Below are positions 11,626 to 25,600 of a stretch of DNA of 64,000 bases, in pieces. A model generated the notes under the pieces. It was not told where the DNA came from and ran no database searches. It saw only the letters and a list, made by a program, of their open reading frames with translations. The position numbers were made by a program, and so were the translations under genes. Numbering within the stretch: position 1 is the stretch's first letter; the number at the start of each line of letters is the position of its first letter. This DNA is from Spongospora subterranea f. sp. subterranea (lineage: Eukaryota), in the NCBI GenBank assembly GCA_049724395.1, contig JAUGWO010000025.1, positions 1 to 64,000 on the forward strand. The letters run 5' to 3'.

Positions 11626-12300
11626 GTATCCCCCGTCTTGGGCGAGGTGCATTCGGGTGAGGGCGATGGAACTTTGCAATGGACTCCTTTAAAGGGACTG
11701 TGGCAGATGCGAGAAGGGATGTTAAAGGTTCCCTAGTACGGTCGGATATATCGTCACCCTTTTCAATCAATCAAATATTGATGTTGACCACGTACTACCC
11801 TAGATGCGATGATGTCCTCAACTTCATATAGAACATGTTGTGAATCATCCAGTGCAAAGGTGGAGGATTTGATTGTTTGCGACCTGGCAACTCATTGGCG
11901 ACATATGGTTCCAGCAATAACGAATGGAAACCCGGTGCAAACGGGAATTCATTGGAAGGTCCAACTCATACGCGACAGGGTTAATAATCCTACTGATGGG
12001 AAAAAGGACCATCTTTTTTCGGGTAGCTTATCACATGGCCGTTTCAATGGGATAGATTTTCGAATCAGCCATACCTTATCACCAACGTTATAATTCGAAT
12101 GTGGACGACGCTTCAAATCTGCGAAGCGTTTCATCGTATCCATCAATTTACCCAGAGTCATCTGAAGTTGCTTTTGTACATCATGGAGATGAGATCATGT
12201 CGACCACAGCAGGATTGGGGCATAAACAAGGGCTCGGTACAGCAAAATCATGTCGACCGTGAAACCCTCTGATTCGCATAAAAGGGAGAGAAACTTGTCG
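11626..12300 (-). pseudogene. Gypsy integrase C-terminus plus chromodomain, degenerate
   Basis: YNVGDKVWL..KRPCDKL (integrase C-terminal region) and YEVEDIIASRVVRGQHQYLID*KG (chromodomain, ~11830-11760). Confidence 0.82.
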
Positions 12301-12304
12301 ATGA

Positions 12305-14056
12305 ATGAAAATATCTACAGACAATGACTCAATCCAACGTCTAGACCAATCTCATTGCGTGATTAATAACAACGTCAACATTTCCGGTAACATTGGAAGA
12401 AAAGACAATGATCAAACAAAGAAAGAAAAACTGCTACAAGGACTTCAAAAGATAAGGATCACCGAAAAATGCTCAAACAACGATGACTCAACCAAACAAA
12501 AAAGACAACTGAAAATAACACAATGTTTTGCGCGCCTTAAGGATAAAGCGAAACAAGTAAAGAATAACAGAAATTTGATTATAGCACAATGGAACGCATG
12601 TTCATTAAGCGAGGAGAAGGCAACCGAACTGGCTCTTTTTGCGAATCAACACCTAATAGATGTGATCTGTATTTCAAAGCTAAGCCATAGACGTAATATT
12701 CATGGATTTCCACACTACGAAATGTGATAATCGATACACACAATCAGGCATTTTTTGGCGAGGACATGTCAAAGCTGAAAAACTAAACCCACCGGCAATT
12801 CAATGCTTTGGACAAATCGCTATTACAACACAAATTGTAAAATTATACGACGAAATTATACTGATACACACATATATCCCACCTGATATCGACAGACCAA
12901 CTAGAAGAGCATACTGGAAACAGATTGAAATCTTCTCAGAGACAAGAAACGAGTCCATTCTCATCACAGGAGACCTAGGAGATTTGGAGCAAATCATACA
13001 GAAAACCACACATACATAGACGGAATACTAGAGGAGTTCAGTATTATGAACAATCCTGAAATACCAACAACACATTAGATATCACACTGGCGAATAGGAA
13101 GATGGCAGAACAGATTGTGAACTTCGAAGTCCAAACAGACCTGAGTAGTGATCATCTTCCAACAACAATCGAAACCAGCATTAGAGGCAAAACTAACCAC
13201 AGATTAACAATTGATAGGAAAAGAGTCAAAAAACTTGACAATAGATCAACAGCAAAGGCACTAGTGACAGCCATTGGAAACCAATCAGATAACGCTATGG
13301 GACTGTCCAAATTCACTTCAAAACTACAGCAAAGCATAAATACCGATACGTTAAAATGAACAGATGCAAATTCTGGAACTAACACCTGAAAGCGGCACTT
13401 AAAATGAGAAACAAACTCAGACGCAAATTGCACACAGCGATTCTCTCACGAAAAAATGAAGCACAAATCACACAGAGAAAGGAAGCACTAAACAAAGCTG
13501 CAATAGAATTTAAGAAACAGTACGTCAAAGCCAAAAACAAACACCTGGCAAAAATGGTCAACAGGTGCACAAATCTGGAGACTGGTAAAACAGATCATTC
13601 CACAAACAAACAAAAGAAGAAACAAATATGAAACTTACACCAACGAAGCAAAAGAAGAGGTAGAGAACATCGCCTCGAAGTTTGAAGAAATCTATTGTGC
13701 ACCAGATCTCACACTGACAGAAATAGAAAAAATGGAGCACGAACTGCTCCTTGCAGCATTATTGAAGGAACGATTGAACACACCAACAGCGCATATAAAC
13801 ACCAGAGAACTGGAAAGAGCAGTTAAAAAAACCAACAGCAAATCTGCTGGAGGAATAGACGGAATCCCCAACAGTCTGATTAAACATATGTGCACAAATC
13901 ACATAATCAAGGGCACATTCCTGAAGACAATCAATTCCGAAATCATCGACATTGGGTGCTTTCCACAGGAAATGAAAATCGCCAAAATACGGCCACTATC
14001 GCCAAATACGGCCACTACCTAAAGCAAAACCAGGAGAATATCGACCGATATCATTA
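12305..14056 (+). mobile_element. Truncated, frameshifted non-LTR retrotransposon (LINE): APE endonuclease and start of RT
   Basis: Endonuclease motifs IAQWNACSL, ILITGD and SSDHLP; RT-proximal KSAGGIDGIPN, FPQEMKIAKI and PGEYRPISLS. The element is cut off at the minisatellite. Confidence 0.85.
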
Positions 14057-14808
14057 TCAGGAGCGTAATGGGATTATGGCATATGAGGGGCAGGTCAGGA
14101 GCGTAATGGGATTATGGCATATGAGGGGCAGGTCAGGAGCGTAATGGGATTATGGCATATGAGGGGCAGGTCAGGAGCGTAATGGGATTATGGCATATGA
14201 GGGGCAGGTCAGGAGCGTAATGAGGGCACCTCACAAGCGCAACGAGATTATGGCATATGAGGGGCAGGTCACAAGCGTAATGAGGGCACCTCAAAAGCGC
14301 AACGAGATTATGGCATATGAGGGCACGTCACAAGCGTAACGAGATTATGGCATATGAGGGCACGTCACAAGCGTAACGAGATTATGGCATATGAGGGCAC
14401 GTCACAAGCGTAACGAGATATGAGGGCACGTCACAAGGCGAGTTATGGCATATGAGGGCACGTCACAAGCGTAACGAGATTATGGCATATGAGGGCACGT
14501 CACAAGCGTAACGAGTTATGGCATATGAGGGCACGTCACAAGCGTAACGAGATTATGGCATATGAGGGCACGTCACAAGCGTAACGAGTTATGGCATATG
14601 AGGGCACGTCACAAGCGTAACGAGATTATGGCATATGAGGGCACGTCACAAGCGTAACGAGATTATGGCATATGAGGGCACGTCACAAGCGTAACGAGAT
14701 TATGGCATATGAGGGCACGTCACAAGCGTAACGAGTTATGGCATATGAGGGGCAGGTCACAAGCGTAATGAGGGCACCTCACAAGCGCAACGAGATTATT
14801 GCATATTA
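14057..14808. repeat. Minisatellite, 37-38 bp unit, ~20 copies
   Basis: Units CAAGCGTAACGAGATTATGGCATATGAGGGCACGTCA and the variant GGAGCGTAATGGGATTATGGCATATGAGGGGCAGGTCA. Confidence 0.97.
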
Positions 14809-15310
14809 GGGTCCCTCTTAATGGGTGCTTCACACTTGAAGAGTTGGTGTTGATGAGATTATGGGGTGTCCCAACCGTCCATCCGTCCGGCAACAGTCTT
14901 TGGTCATTGACCAATTGATTCTGTGCTATCAGCATTGATGCTTTCGATGTTTCTCTCTATTGTGGCCATCATGGCGCAATTGGTAATTGGGTCTTATGCC
15001 GGGTTCCAACTTTCTGATTGTATTCAACAGTTTCAGCTTAACGGGGCGGTGGTAGATCGTGGAATTGTAAACTCTGTATGTTGTCCATCGTCCACGAATA
15101 AGGTTTTATCATTTGATCACCTCTCGGTCAAACTCCCAAACGTGGAAACCCAAGGCAATTGTGAACTGGATCAGATAAGCGCCGATAGTAGTGTAGACTT
15201 GGTGCAATCGTCTAATAAATCACCGGATCATTCAAAGAGATACTGTGAGACAGAGATACAAAAAAAGGTATATTCATCAAGATACATATAATAGGTTTTG
15301 TTTAGTTGAG

Positions 15311-16280
15311 CGTCATCATCAGGCTATGGAAATACTCGATGCGGTTTCACCACTCAGCCATGATTTCTCAGTGAACCTGGAAGCAATGAAGGTACTCAGA
15401 TGTGACAGCCTCAATCGGTTGTTTGAATGATGCTCCTTGTCATTATCAGTCTTTAAAACCATTCCACCAGATGTTGTGCCAACGGCTCCACGATCTATAT
15501 GTAAGTTCAGGGAATCAAGTAGAGTAATGAATGGGAAAATCTGATAGACAATTTCGCAATAGGCAAAACCAGATCAGACCGAATCCCCTCCAAATGAGGG
15601 TCATCCCAAGGTAATGATAGTGAATGAGTTTGTGGGTCCATTCTAATCAGGATCTGGTATAAATTCAGAGGCGCGTTATTCGCATTCCGTTCGAGGAATT
15701 CGGGCAAGATGAGGAAGCTCGTCAGTTGGAGGTATTCGACGAATCGTCGCGACAGATTCAGCAAAACAGGCCGATTTTAGTGAACAATTTTGTGAATTGT
15801 CCATAGTCCACAATTTTTTTGTCTTTTGACCACCTCCATTTAGGATCAGGAGCCGGCTTACTCTGATCGTCACCATCAGGCTATGGAATTAGAAGCTAAC
15901 ATTTTCCAAATTAGCCAGACATTAGCACAGCCCGATGACTCAAATATTGAGATGGTACCTCAGCGGTGACTGCTTTAATCGTTTTTTTTATACTGATAAA
16001 TCATTGTCATCAGCTTTTATATAAACGTCACTGGTTTGCGTGCGAACAGCTCCGCAATCTATATGTAAGTTTAGCCAATCGAATAGAGTGATGAAGGGGA
16101 AATCTGATAAACAGTTTCACCATAGGCGACAACAATTGAGACCGAATTGCCACCAAATCAGGGCGAGACCAAGGTAATGATCGTGAATGGTTTTGTGGGT
16201 CATTCTGATGAGTATCTGGTCCGAATTCTGATTTCTGGTCATTGAGTCCAGTACGAGGAAGATGGGGAAATTTGTCAGCT
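15311..16280. repeat. Diverged direct duplication (~555 bp period), probably a decayed minus-strand coding repeat
   Basis: CGTCAYCATCAGGCTATGGAA at 15311 and 15868; ATCTATATGTAAGTT and CCAAGGTAATGAT recur in both copies; minus ORFs share SLPW...IRS.L..P..KL.IRF. Confidence 0.75.
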
Positions 16281-16920
16281 GGCGACATTGGTCGAATCGC
16301 CGGCGCTGTCAGTACGGGAGGAAGAGCAGAACGATGAAGCTATAATGGCGGTTGAACTTGACGAGCAACACTGTAGCCCTTCTCAAGAGTTGCCCTGTTC
16401 TCAACCAACATGGGATAAGAAGACTAAGCGATCTAAAAATGGATGTTTCCGATGCATATTTGGCTGATGATTTTGCCTCGATCAACGAACCGGCCTGCTG
16501 GAAAAATAAATGGCCATACGATAAAGTCAAAAATTATCCTGTTTCTAACAAATGTTCTGCCGGTACTGGGTCATATTCCCTGCAAATCACTTTGACTACT
16601 CGGGGCATTCGATGGTTTTCAAGCGATGATTCAATGTTACAATGGCTTCACGACAAAGCTATGATTAGATTGTGGTGATTTGATGACCAACAGAATACGG
16701 GGGCCCATATTAGGCAATAACTGACAACCAATTCGTCCAAGAATTCGCTCCCATTTGACACGTACCGAATCAATGATCAGTTTTTGAACGACAGATCGCC
16801 GAAGAACTTTGTATTAGGAAATTATATCCACTTCAACTCGATACTAGTGGTAATCACCACAGCATTGCGTACTTGGTCATCTCGCTTCCGACAATGGCGT
16901 TTAGCTACCCAAATTATGGT

Positions 16921-18906
16921 CGCCTATAGATGCGTGCTTTGTTAATATGTATTTGATACGTAATCTGGAAATCATGTGAGAGGGCAAGAATTTCATCCGA
17001 ATTCTCATTAACCGATCCCCCAACGGGGAGCATACGACTGAGGGCGTCTTGTTCGATTAACTCTGACTCGAGCATTAACTCCAAAATTGGATCAATGGTA
17101 TCATGATCGTCATCTTGGGGGAGATTGGGAATTCGAACTTGGTATTCAATTGTTTCATTATTCTGATCGTCATTAACTTGCTCTGAAACACAAGTTCGTC
17201 AGATTATGAACTCGAACTTTTGCCTTGCACAATCCAGCACACGCTTTGCCGTCGAAGCGCTGTGAGCAATTGCAACCTGTCGCTCCATTTGTTTTAGATC
17301 CCGTTCGACTGCGACGAGCAGTATGGACCCGCTTTTCAACTTTATGCTGTCTTTCCACACCAGATGCAGAGCCCGGAGCGATATAGACCTTCAGGAGAAC
17401 AGATGCTAATGTGGGATGTTGTCCTCTCAATTGCAGCCAAATCATGCGAGGTTGTAGTTGATAACGTCCTCTGTCACATCCTAGACGCATGAACCGACTG
17501 GAGGTTATGACATGTTTCGTCAGGATCAAGCTCCAAACGCGTCAATATCTTTAGCCCTTTTCCGGCATTGTTCAGATAGATCACCTTTACCAAGTGCGAT
17601 TACAGAGGCACCAAAAACAGAGCAAACATTTCCGAAATCCAAAGTAGAATTAATCGCAATATAATGTCAGGGCAAAGGACTGGAAAATATGTCTGATTCC
17701 AGCGATCACGATCGTCTCCTTGCATCAAATTAGTAATGTGAATGAATATGTAAATAAAACATGCATAGGTCGTTGATATCGTCGACGAGTCGCTTTCCAG
17801 TACCGCGATACATTTACATAATTGGGTCAAAAATGCTGGTACATTGATTGACGTCGCGCCAGAACTGGGCAGTGGCGATCTTGCGGCGATGGTAAAAGCA
17901 AACCTCTGCGGCAATTCAAATGAGTCGGCACTGCTACGTTCTTCCTTCTCGTTCATGGTCTCACCATTAACACCGACGATAATTGAAGCAGCTCGCAACA
18001 ATTTGTTTCCCATATCCATCATCGTCAGTTCATATATGCGATTCATGAAAACTGTTCTGATTGCTGTAGGTGAGGAGGTATTCCAGTTTGGCATTAATTG
18101 AAGAACAGTTGCCAAGCCGGATGGTCAAATAAATCGAATTGTGTTATTTTCTCATGGATCGCATTAAAAAATAACTGATTCAAACATTGCGCTCTTCAGT
18201 ATCAATTCCAGGAAAGACCTTTCCACCAATCTGCGATATAGAAGTAGAGGACCTGATTGAGGCGGTCCTTGACGATGCATTCATGATCGGATCGGACTCG
18301 TAGTTAAATCATTCGAAAACGATGGAGAGCGGCGTCCAATGGACCCACATGCGTTTCCAAATTAGCATCTGTTCTCCTGAAGGTCTATATCGCTCCGGGC
18401 TCTGCATCTGGTGTGGAAAGACAGCATAAAGTTGAAAAGCGGGTCCATACTGCTCGTCGCAGTCGAACGGGATCTAAAAAAATGGAGCGACAGGTTGCAA
18501 TTGCTCACAGCGCTTCGACGGCAAAGGGTGTGCTGGATTGTACAAGACAAAAGTTCGAATTCATAATCCGACGAACTTGTGTTTCAGAGCAAGTTAATGA
18601 CGATCAGAATAATGAAACAATTGAATACCAAGTTCGAATTCCCAATCTGCCCCAAGATGACGATCATGATACCATTGATCCAATTATGGAGTTAATGCTC
18701 AAGTCAGAATTAAACGAACAGGACGCCCTCAGTCGTATGCTCCCCGTTGGGGGATCGATTAATGAGATTTCGGATGAAATTCTTCTTTCCCTCTCATATC
18801 TGTATCACATACAATAAATCATTTTTTGAGGGTTTTGATTGAAAAAGCACGTTTTTATTAATTATTCTTTCCAGATTACGTATCAAGAAGTACGCATCTA
18901 TAGGCG
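16921..18906. mobile_element. hAT transposon remnant with an inverted duplication of its 3' end
   Basis: Minus strand encodes IAVLESDSSTISTTY and a hAT dimerisation-like WLQLRGQHPTLASVLLKVYIAPGSASGVER. 16921-17410 is inverted at 18361-18906. Confidence 0.8.
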
Positions 18907-19652
18907 GGGACTCTGGGAGGATCAAGCGCCAGGGCCAACGACAGGTTCTCAATCGCACAGAAGGGGATATCCCACACTGAGATGTGGCACAGTAACGCTA
19001 CACCACCACCCAACTGGCGCTGCGACAACCGGGCGGAGGCATGCCCGCGGCTGGCGTCGCTGACTATATATAGCCTGTCTGTGGTAACGGAATCTCCTTT
19101 ACGGGTGAAGTGTTCGCGACACACCCTGACACACCTCACCCCCTCAACACCGGCCTTTATTACGTGACGACGCAACGTCACGAGTGTCCCGTAACGTAAA
19201 CCCAACCCCGTCACGATTGGATGAGTATTCGCTGTCACCCCCCCCGATCGTCGTTAGTCCTTCTCCGCCCGCCCATTTCCTCACGTTTCGTTCCTACTGT
19301 TGAGTACAGTACCCGTATCGTTTGCGACTTGACATGTCAGTGAAGGGGTCACGTTCGGTCAGGTCAAGCCAGCGTCACAACTGGGGCTCTTGACAGTTGA
19401 CCCACGGCCTATGGAACAAGACTGCGCCACATCACCGGGGTGTATGTATGTTCGGGGTGGGGGGTCTTCGCTGTTCCACATTAGCAGCAGCAGTCTGGCG
19501 CCAAGTCCCCTGGCTGCCTGTGCCGGCTCGGTCCTTCAGCACAACAACCGCAGAGGGTCCCGTCTCGGTTAATCATTCCTCCCTAGATTTCCAGCTCGCA
19601 TAATCAGTTCGGTCCGCTTCTTCATCCAGGAAACCCGTCCGGTTACAATATC

Positions 19653-22600
19653 ATGGAGCGCCAAAAAGTCGCTACTCCCTTATCTTACGCCGAACCTATT
19701 CTCAACGTTCTCTTTTTCTCTTAGGTGGCCGATTTCGTCCGCCAATATGGCGGGCAGAGAACCATTCAACGCATTCTGATCGCCAGTAACGGCATTGCTG
19801 CACTTAAATGCATCCGATCAATGCGACGATTCTCCTACGAGATGTTCGGGTCGGACTCGATTTTTCACTTCATCGTGATGGCGACACCCGAAGACGTTGC
19901 CTCCAATGCCGAATATATCCACATGGCCGACCAGCTCGGTAATCTCAAAATCGTCCTCCGCTTAAAAACTCACTCTTCTCTTCGATCCTCATAGTCGAAG
20001 TTCCCGGCGGGAGCAATAATAATAATTACGCCAATATCCACTTAATTACAAAATTGGCATTAACGCATCAAGCTGATGCTGTTTGGGCAGGATGGGTTCG
20101 TAATTCTTGGCATTGTTCAACATCGTTCTTGTTTCCAACGTGATTTCCAGGGTCACGCCAGCGAGAATCCGGAACTATGCGACGCGTTGACGGCGAAATC
20201 CATCACCTGGATTGGGCCAACGTCAGCGGCAATGCGGGCGCTTGGAGATAAAGTATCGTCCATGCTGATCGCTCAAAGTGCCGGCGTTGCTTGTGTTCCT
20301 TGGAGCGGGTAACGTGCTCGTGCTTTCGCTCTACGTTTTTTTCGGGGTCCACTCATGTCCGGATCCGATCATGTTTAGGTCGAATCTCGATCCGCAATAC
20401 GTCAAGGGCTCCAGTATTCACAGCGACATCTATAACAAGGCGTGCGCGTTCTGTGCCGCCGATGCCGAACGGTTCGCCGTTGAAATCGGCTTTCCAGTCA
20501 TGGTGAAAGCGAGCGAAGGAGGTTAGCCCTTAGGCGAACAGCAATGGTTTTGCGCTTTTTTTATGGTTCTTCAGGTGGTGGCAAAGGGATTCGTCATTGT
20601 AATGCGATCGAAGAGGTTGCTTCCGCTTTTAGAGCGGTTCAGGCCGAGGTATGACGACGGCAATATATCCCGATGCACTTGACGCGTTGCTGGAGGAGCC
20701 GTACTGATGTTGTTTGCTTAGGTTCCCGGTTCACCGATATTCCTGATGCGCATGGTGACCGACGTCCGCCATCTAGAAGTGCAGCTGCTAGCGGACGAAT
20801 GGGGGAACGCCATCAGCTTATTTGGGCGGGATTGCTCCATCCAGCGGCGTCACCAGAAAATTATCGGTATCATTCTTGCTCTGTTGAATTCCAACATTGT
20901 TCTTATAAAATCTGTTTTAGAGGAGGGACCTGTCGTTGCCGCGCCAGCATCTCGTTGGGCCGAGATTGAAAAATGTGCTGTTCAGTTAGCGAAAACCGTC
21001 GGATACGTCGGGGCCGGTTCGTTCATCAGTCCGCGGGTTTTCGGTCACAACTCATCGATACGTTCAGGAACTGTGGAAATATTGTACGATGAAGTCGCGG
21101 ACGAATTCGCATTTCTTGAACTCAATCCACGCCTTCAAGTACGTCCCTTTAAATCGCTTGGCTCGCTGTCGATGTTGATCGTTGTTTCAGGTTGAGCATA
21201 CCGTAACGGAGTTGATCTCAGGGGTCAACCTCCCGGCCGCACAGCTTCAGGTAAATCTTGTGCCAACATTTGTTGTCATTACATGTTCTTACCTCTAATG
21301 TTCAGGTGGCGATGGGAATTCCACTTTACCAGGTAATGTTCATCTGCGCGCGATAACGATCTCCGTGATCTGATGTTTGTTCAGATTGCCGAAATTCGCC
21401 ATCTCTTCGTAACTGTCGACCCCATCGGTTTGTCTCAGCGTTTAGCATTGCGCGTATTGTTGCAAAGCTGATCTTCCGTTTGCTGGCAGGTCCGATCGAT
21501 TTCGAGACCTGCGTCATGGTTCGTCCAGCATGCCATGTTATCGCCTGTCGTATCACAGCCGAAAATCCAGAGAAGTATCTGCGCTTTTTTTTGAACGAAC
21601 GTCAACTTCCTAACATCGTATTCCAGAGGATTTCAGCCAACTTCAGGTAGTTTAGAGGAGCTCAATTTCCGCTCCACCTCGCACGTATGGGGCTACTTCT
21701 CAATTGGTATTGTATTGCTCGAACGATTTCATTATCGTTTTTTTCATGATCGTCGGCATCAGGGTCTGGGGGCGGTATTCACGAGTTTGCCGACAGCCAA
21801 TTCGGGCACCTGTTTTCAGTTGGCAAAACCAGAGAACTGGTAAGCAAAGGCGGATTCCCCCGGTTTCGCGCGATCTCTGATTCGTTGGTTTTTGGGTACA
21901 CAGGCAAGATTGCATATGTCGATCGCCTTGAAAGAATTGTATGGATTCGCTCACATCATTTCCCTAGTTTCTTGTTTTGTTCATTCGTTTTACCCAGATC
22001 GGTTCGCGGGGAAATCAATACCACCGTTGAATATCTTCAATCGATTCTCGAGACGAAGGATTTCAAAGGTGGCTGCCGTCGCCAGCCCCGTGTTGACCCA
22101 TTTCTCATCATTTCCTGGTACAGAGAACCGAATCCACACACGCTGGCTTGAGACGCAAACCCAAACATCCTCCGTTGTCTCGCGTCCCAACGATAAAATC
22201 GCCGGTGAATTTCTTTCGCGTTAAACGGACTCATCTCTGAATCACGTGCGATCGACTAGTTATCCTGTCAAGTTCATATCTGGGTTGGCACGCTATGGGT
22301 CAAGCCAGGCGAGATTTCATCGCCCAAATCCAGCGTGGCCGCCTCATCGATGAAGCCGATGCCGAAGGGCTGCACAAGCATTCGGTGTCCCTGAACTATT
22401 GCAAATTCAAGTATAACGTCATGGTATGTGTCGGTGCAGAACAACCGGTTTCCCAATGTTGATGGCGTTTTGACAAACAGACCTCATTGACCGGCCCCTC
22501 CACGATCGTTCTGAACATTGGCAATTTCACCTATGGACCAGTGGAGGTGCGCGAGTTGGTCAGCAGTAAAGTACGATTTTGTCCAAATTGCCAATCGGGA

Positions 22601-25600
22601 ATTGCTGTTTTTACATTGGTTTTCCCCAGGGGCTTCTTCTTTCCTTCGAAGGGCGCACCTACTCCGTTTATGGTCTTTCAGAAAGACCATTGAGAGGTGA
22701 AATTCTTGCTTTTGAACACCGACGAAAACGACATTGTTCACTGATCAACATGATTCGTCAGTGTCAATCAATGGACAGACGGTGCTGTTTGATGAAGAAG
22801 TCGATATCACTTGTGTTCGAGCGCAAATGTCGGGCAGATTCCTTCGTTATGTGGTTGAAGATCACCAGCACATCACGAAAGGGCAAACCATCGGGGAAAT
22901 GGAGGTCATGAAAATGTTCGTGGGTGGTTTGCCGGCGTGGTTTCCACAGAACCCATTTCCGTTTTCTGAATTGCTCCAGGTACATCCCTTTGCTGATGCC
23001 GGCCGACGGCGTTGGCCATCATGTTGCCGTTCCCGCCAGCGGTGTCAACACTGGCGATGTCATCATGAACATCACGCTTGATAACCCTGATCTTGCCGGC
23101 AAGGTCGGCATCGTTTTGTTTCTCGCTCTATCCAATACTCTAAGGTCAACGCTAATGTTCAGAACAAACTCACCGATTTCTCCGGATGTTTTCCGATGTC
23201 GGATTGTGTTCCATCGCAATCAACGATCGTCGCTCCTAAACAGGTCTGCTACGACCTCGTCCAGTCCATGATCATTTTCTCATCTGATCTAGGTCCTTCT
23301 CAACTGCCTCGATGGGTTCGATGTCAAACTATCCGACATCAGGGCGGCCATCTCGGCCCTGATGCTGCAGTTACGTGATCCGCTGTTGCCGGTGCGGTCG
23401 TTGAACTCGGTATGAACGGTTTCGTCGTCGTCGTCGTCGCCCTTCATCACCTTCACACTGTCCAAACAGATTCTCTCGTCATTGCACGGTCGTATGCATG
23501 CCGCTACGATGACCCAACTTCAACAATGCGTTCAAAACTACCGAAATCAGTCCCAAAAAAAGCGATTTTCGTGAGTCGAACTCCGTTGATTACGTTTTCT
23601 CTCTTTCTGATATTCCATTCTCTTTAGGTGGGAGATTGCTCCAGAATTTCCTGCACAGGAACTGCTGTCGATATTGGATGCGGTCACCGATCCGGACCAG
23701 TACGTGCATTCCGTTGAGATCCGCGTTCTGCTGTCCAGCTATCTCGGCGGAAACACCATGTTCATCGTTCGCTCGATCGACGAGCTGCTCCAGCGATTTC
23801 TAAACGTCGAGGAGCGTTTCGTTTCGGTCGACGCCAGCGAAGCGGTCGTGCAATCGTTGCTCTCGGTTCTGTCCACCGAGGACGTCGCCCGCCTCGCGAT
23901 CTCCCACCGATCTCTCAGCGTTCGCTGCTCCCTGATCGCCGCGCTTCTCGAAACCATCGAGTCCGAGATCTGGCCGCTGATCTCCTACTTCAAGGCAACG
24001 CTGGTCCGGCTGGCGAACTGCAACGGAAAGCGCGACATCAGCGTGATAGCACTGGCCGCTCGACGCTTGCTAACCCAACTTCAGTTGCCGCCGTTATCGG
24101 AGCGCGTTCTGGCTGTCCGCGCGCTACTAGAGGCTCGCAGCCCGAATCTGGTCACGCAGGAGGTACCGGCCGCCACCCGTAAACCGATCCCTCGTCGCTG
24201 GCTAACATCGCGTTCGCAGGACATCACGGATTGCTTGCTGAACATTATCCACAATTGTCAGCCGGCTGACGAGCTCCGCCGCGCCGCACTGACCATCGTG
24301 ACCAACCGGCTGCACGCGTCAACGGATCCATCCATTGTTGACATCGGCAAAGCGTCGATCATGTCGGTCCACGATGGCCATGTCGTGTTCTGGGCGCCCA
24401 ATTGGGAGGTTCGTATATATATCGCTCGCCTTTTTTTTTCGCACCGCCCTCAAATGTAGCGCTTTGTACAGACCTGTTTCCGAGACGTGCCGTCGATTCT
24501 GGACCACGCCACCAGCTCGTTGCACCTGTATTTCATGGCGGATGCGTCGTTGCTGTCAGAGGCCGATGATACGCTCTCTGCCGCGATCGCGCAGAAGATC
24601 GCCAGCGCGTCTCTGCCGTTGGTTCAGATCACGGTCGGGATTATCACACCGTGGTACGTTCCCCGCCTGTTCACCTATTCTGTTTCGCCCGCGTCTGGTC
24701 ACGTCGAGGATCGGCTAATTCGTGGACTGGAACCGTCTTTATCGCAATACCTCGGTCGGTTTTCATTTTCGTCAACGTAACTTAACATTCCAACGTTCCG
24801 ATGTAGAGCTCGATCGTCTATCGAATTACACCATCAAAGCGTTGCCAACGACCCATCAATCCGTCAGAATATTTTCGGTACGTTGCTCGTATTGTTTCGA
24901 CGATCGTTTTGTGTTGGTGAACGCTGCCCGTTTAGGGTACCGCTCCCGAAGGGCAACGTACCCAGTCCCGGCTGTTCGCTCGCTGTATATTCCGGCGGTT
25001 CTCCGGCCTGGGCACGTCGCGGGACGAGGAACTGCACAAAAACGAGGCAGAAGCGGCCGTCCAGGAAGCATTGCAAGCCGTCGAGGTCGCCTGTGATCCA
25101 TCATATCGCAACAATCACGTGTTCCTCAATTTCCTGCTCGAACAAGACCAGAACGAGCAGGCGGCAACGCTGTTCTCGCTGTTCGAAAAGTGAGGCTGGC
25201 TCCGTTATGCCCTAATTGCATCGTGGTTGTTTCTAACCTGTTTCGGCGTCAGGTACGCGACCACGCTGACACGATGCCGCGTCACGTCTGCCGAAGTTCG
25301 TATCCAGATCTCGTACCCCCAATCGTCGAAGACCTGGCGATATATCTGCAATAATCCCACAGGTTCGTTCAGGAAAAATGCCAATCTCTTTCCGGTAGAA
25401 CCCGCAAATCAACGATCGTGTGTGTCTAGGTTTGATTCTTGTCGTTGATGCCTATACCGAGGATTCGTCGTGGCCCCCGAATTACGTCTGGCAGTACACG
25501 TCCTATATCGCCACCAAAGGTCGCTGTGTGGATCTCAACATCATATGGCCCCTGATTGATCTCAAAAACAGGCGACATCAGCCGACGTGCATATTCCTCG

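Noticed and set aside
14057..14808. CRISPR array (37-bp repeat)
   Set aside because: Units are contiguous with no spacers; it is a minisatellite.
19080..19400. Solo LTR upstream of ACC
   Set aside because: GTGACG/CGTCAC-rich sequence, but no consistent TG...CA termini with a TSD could be identified.
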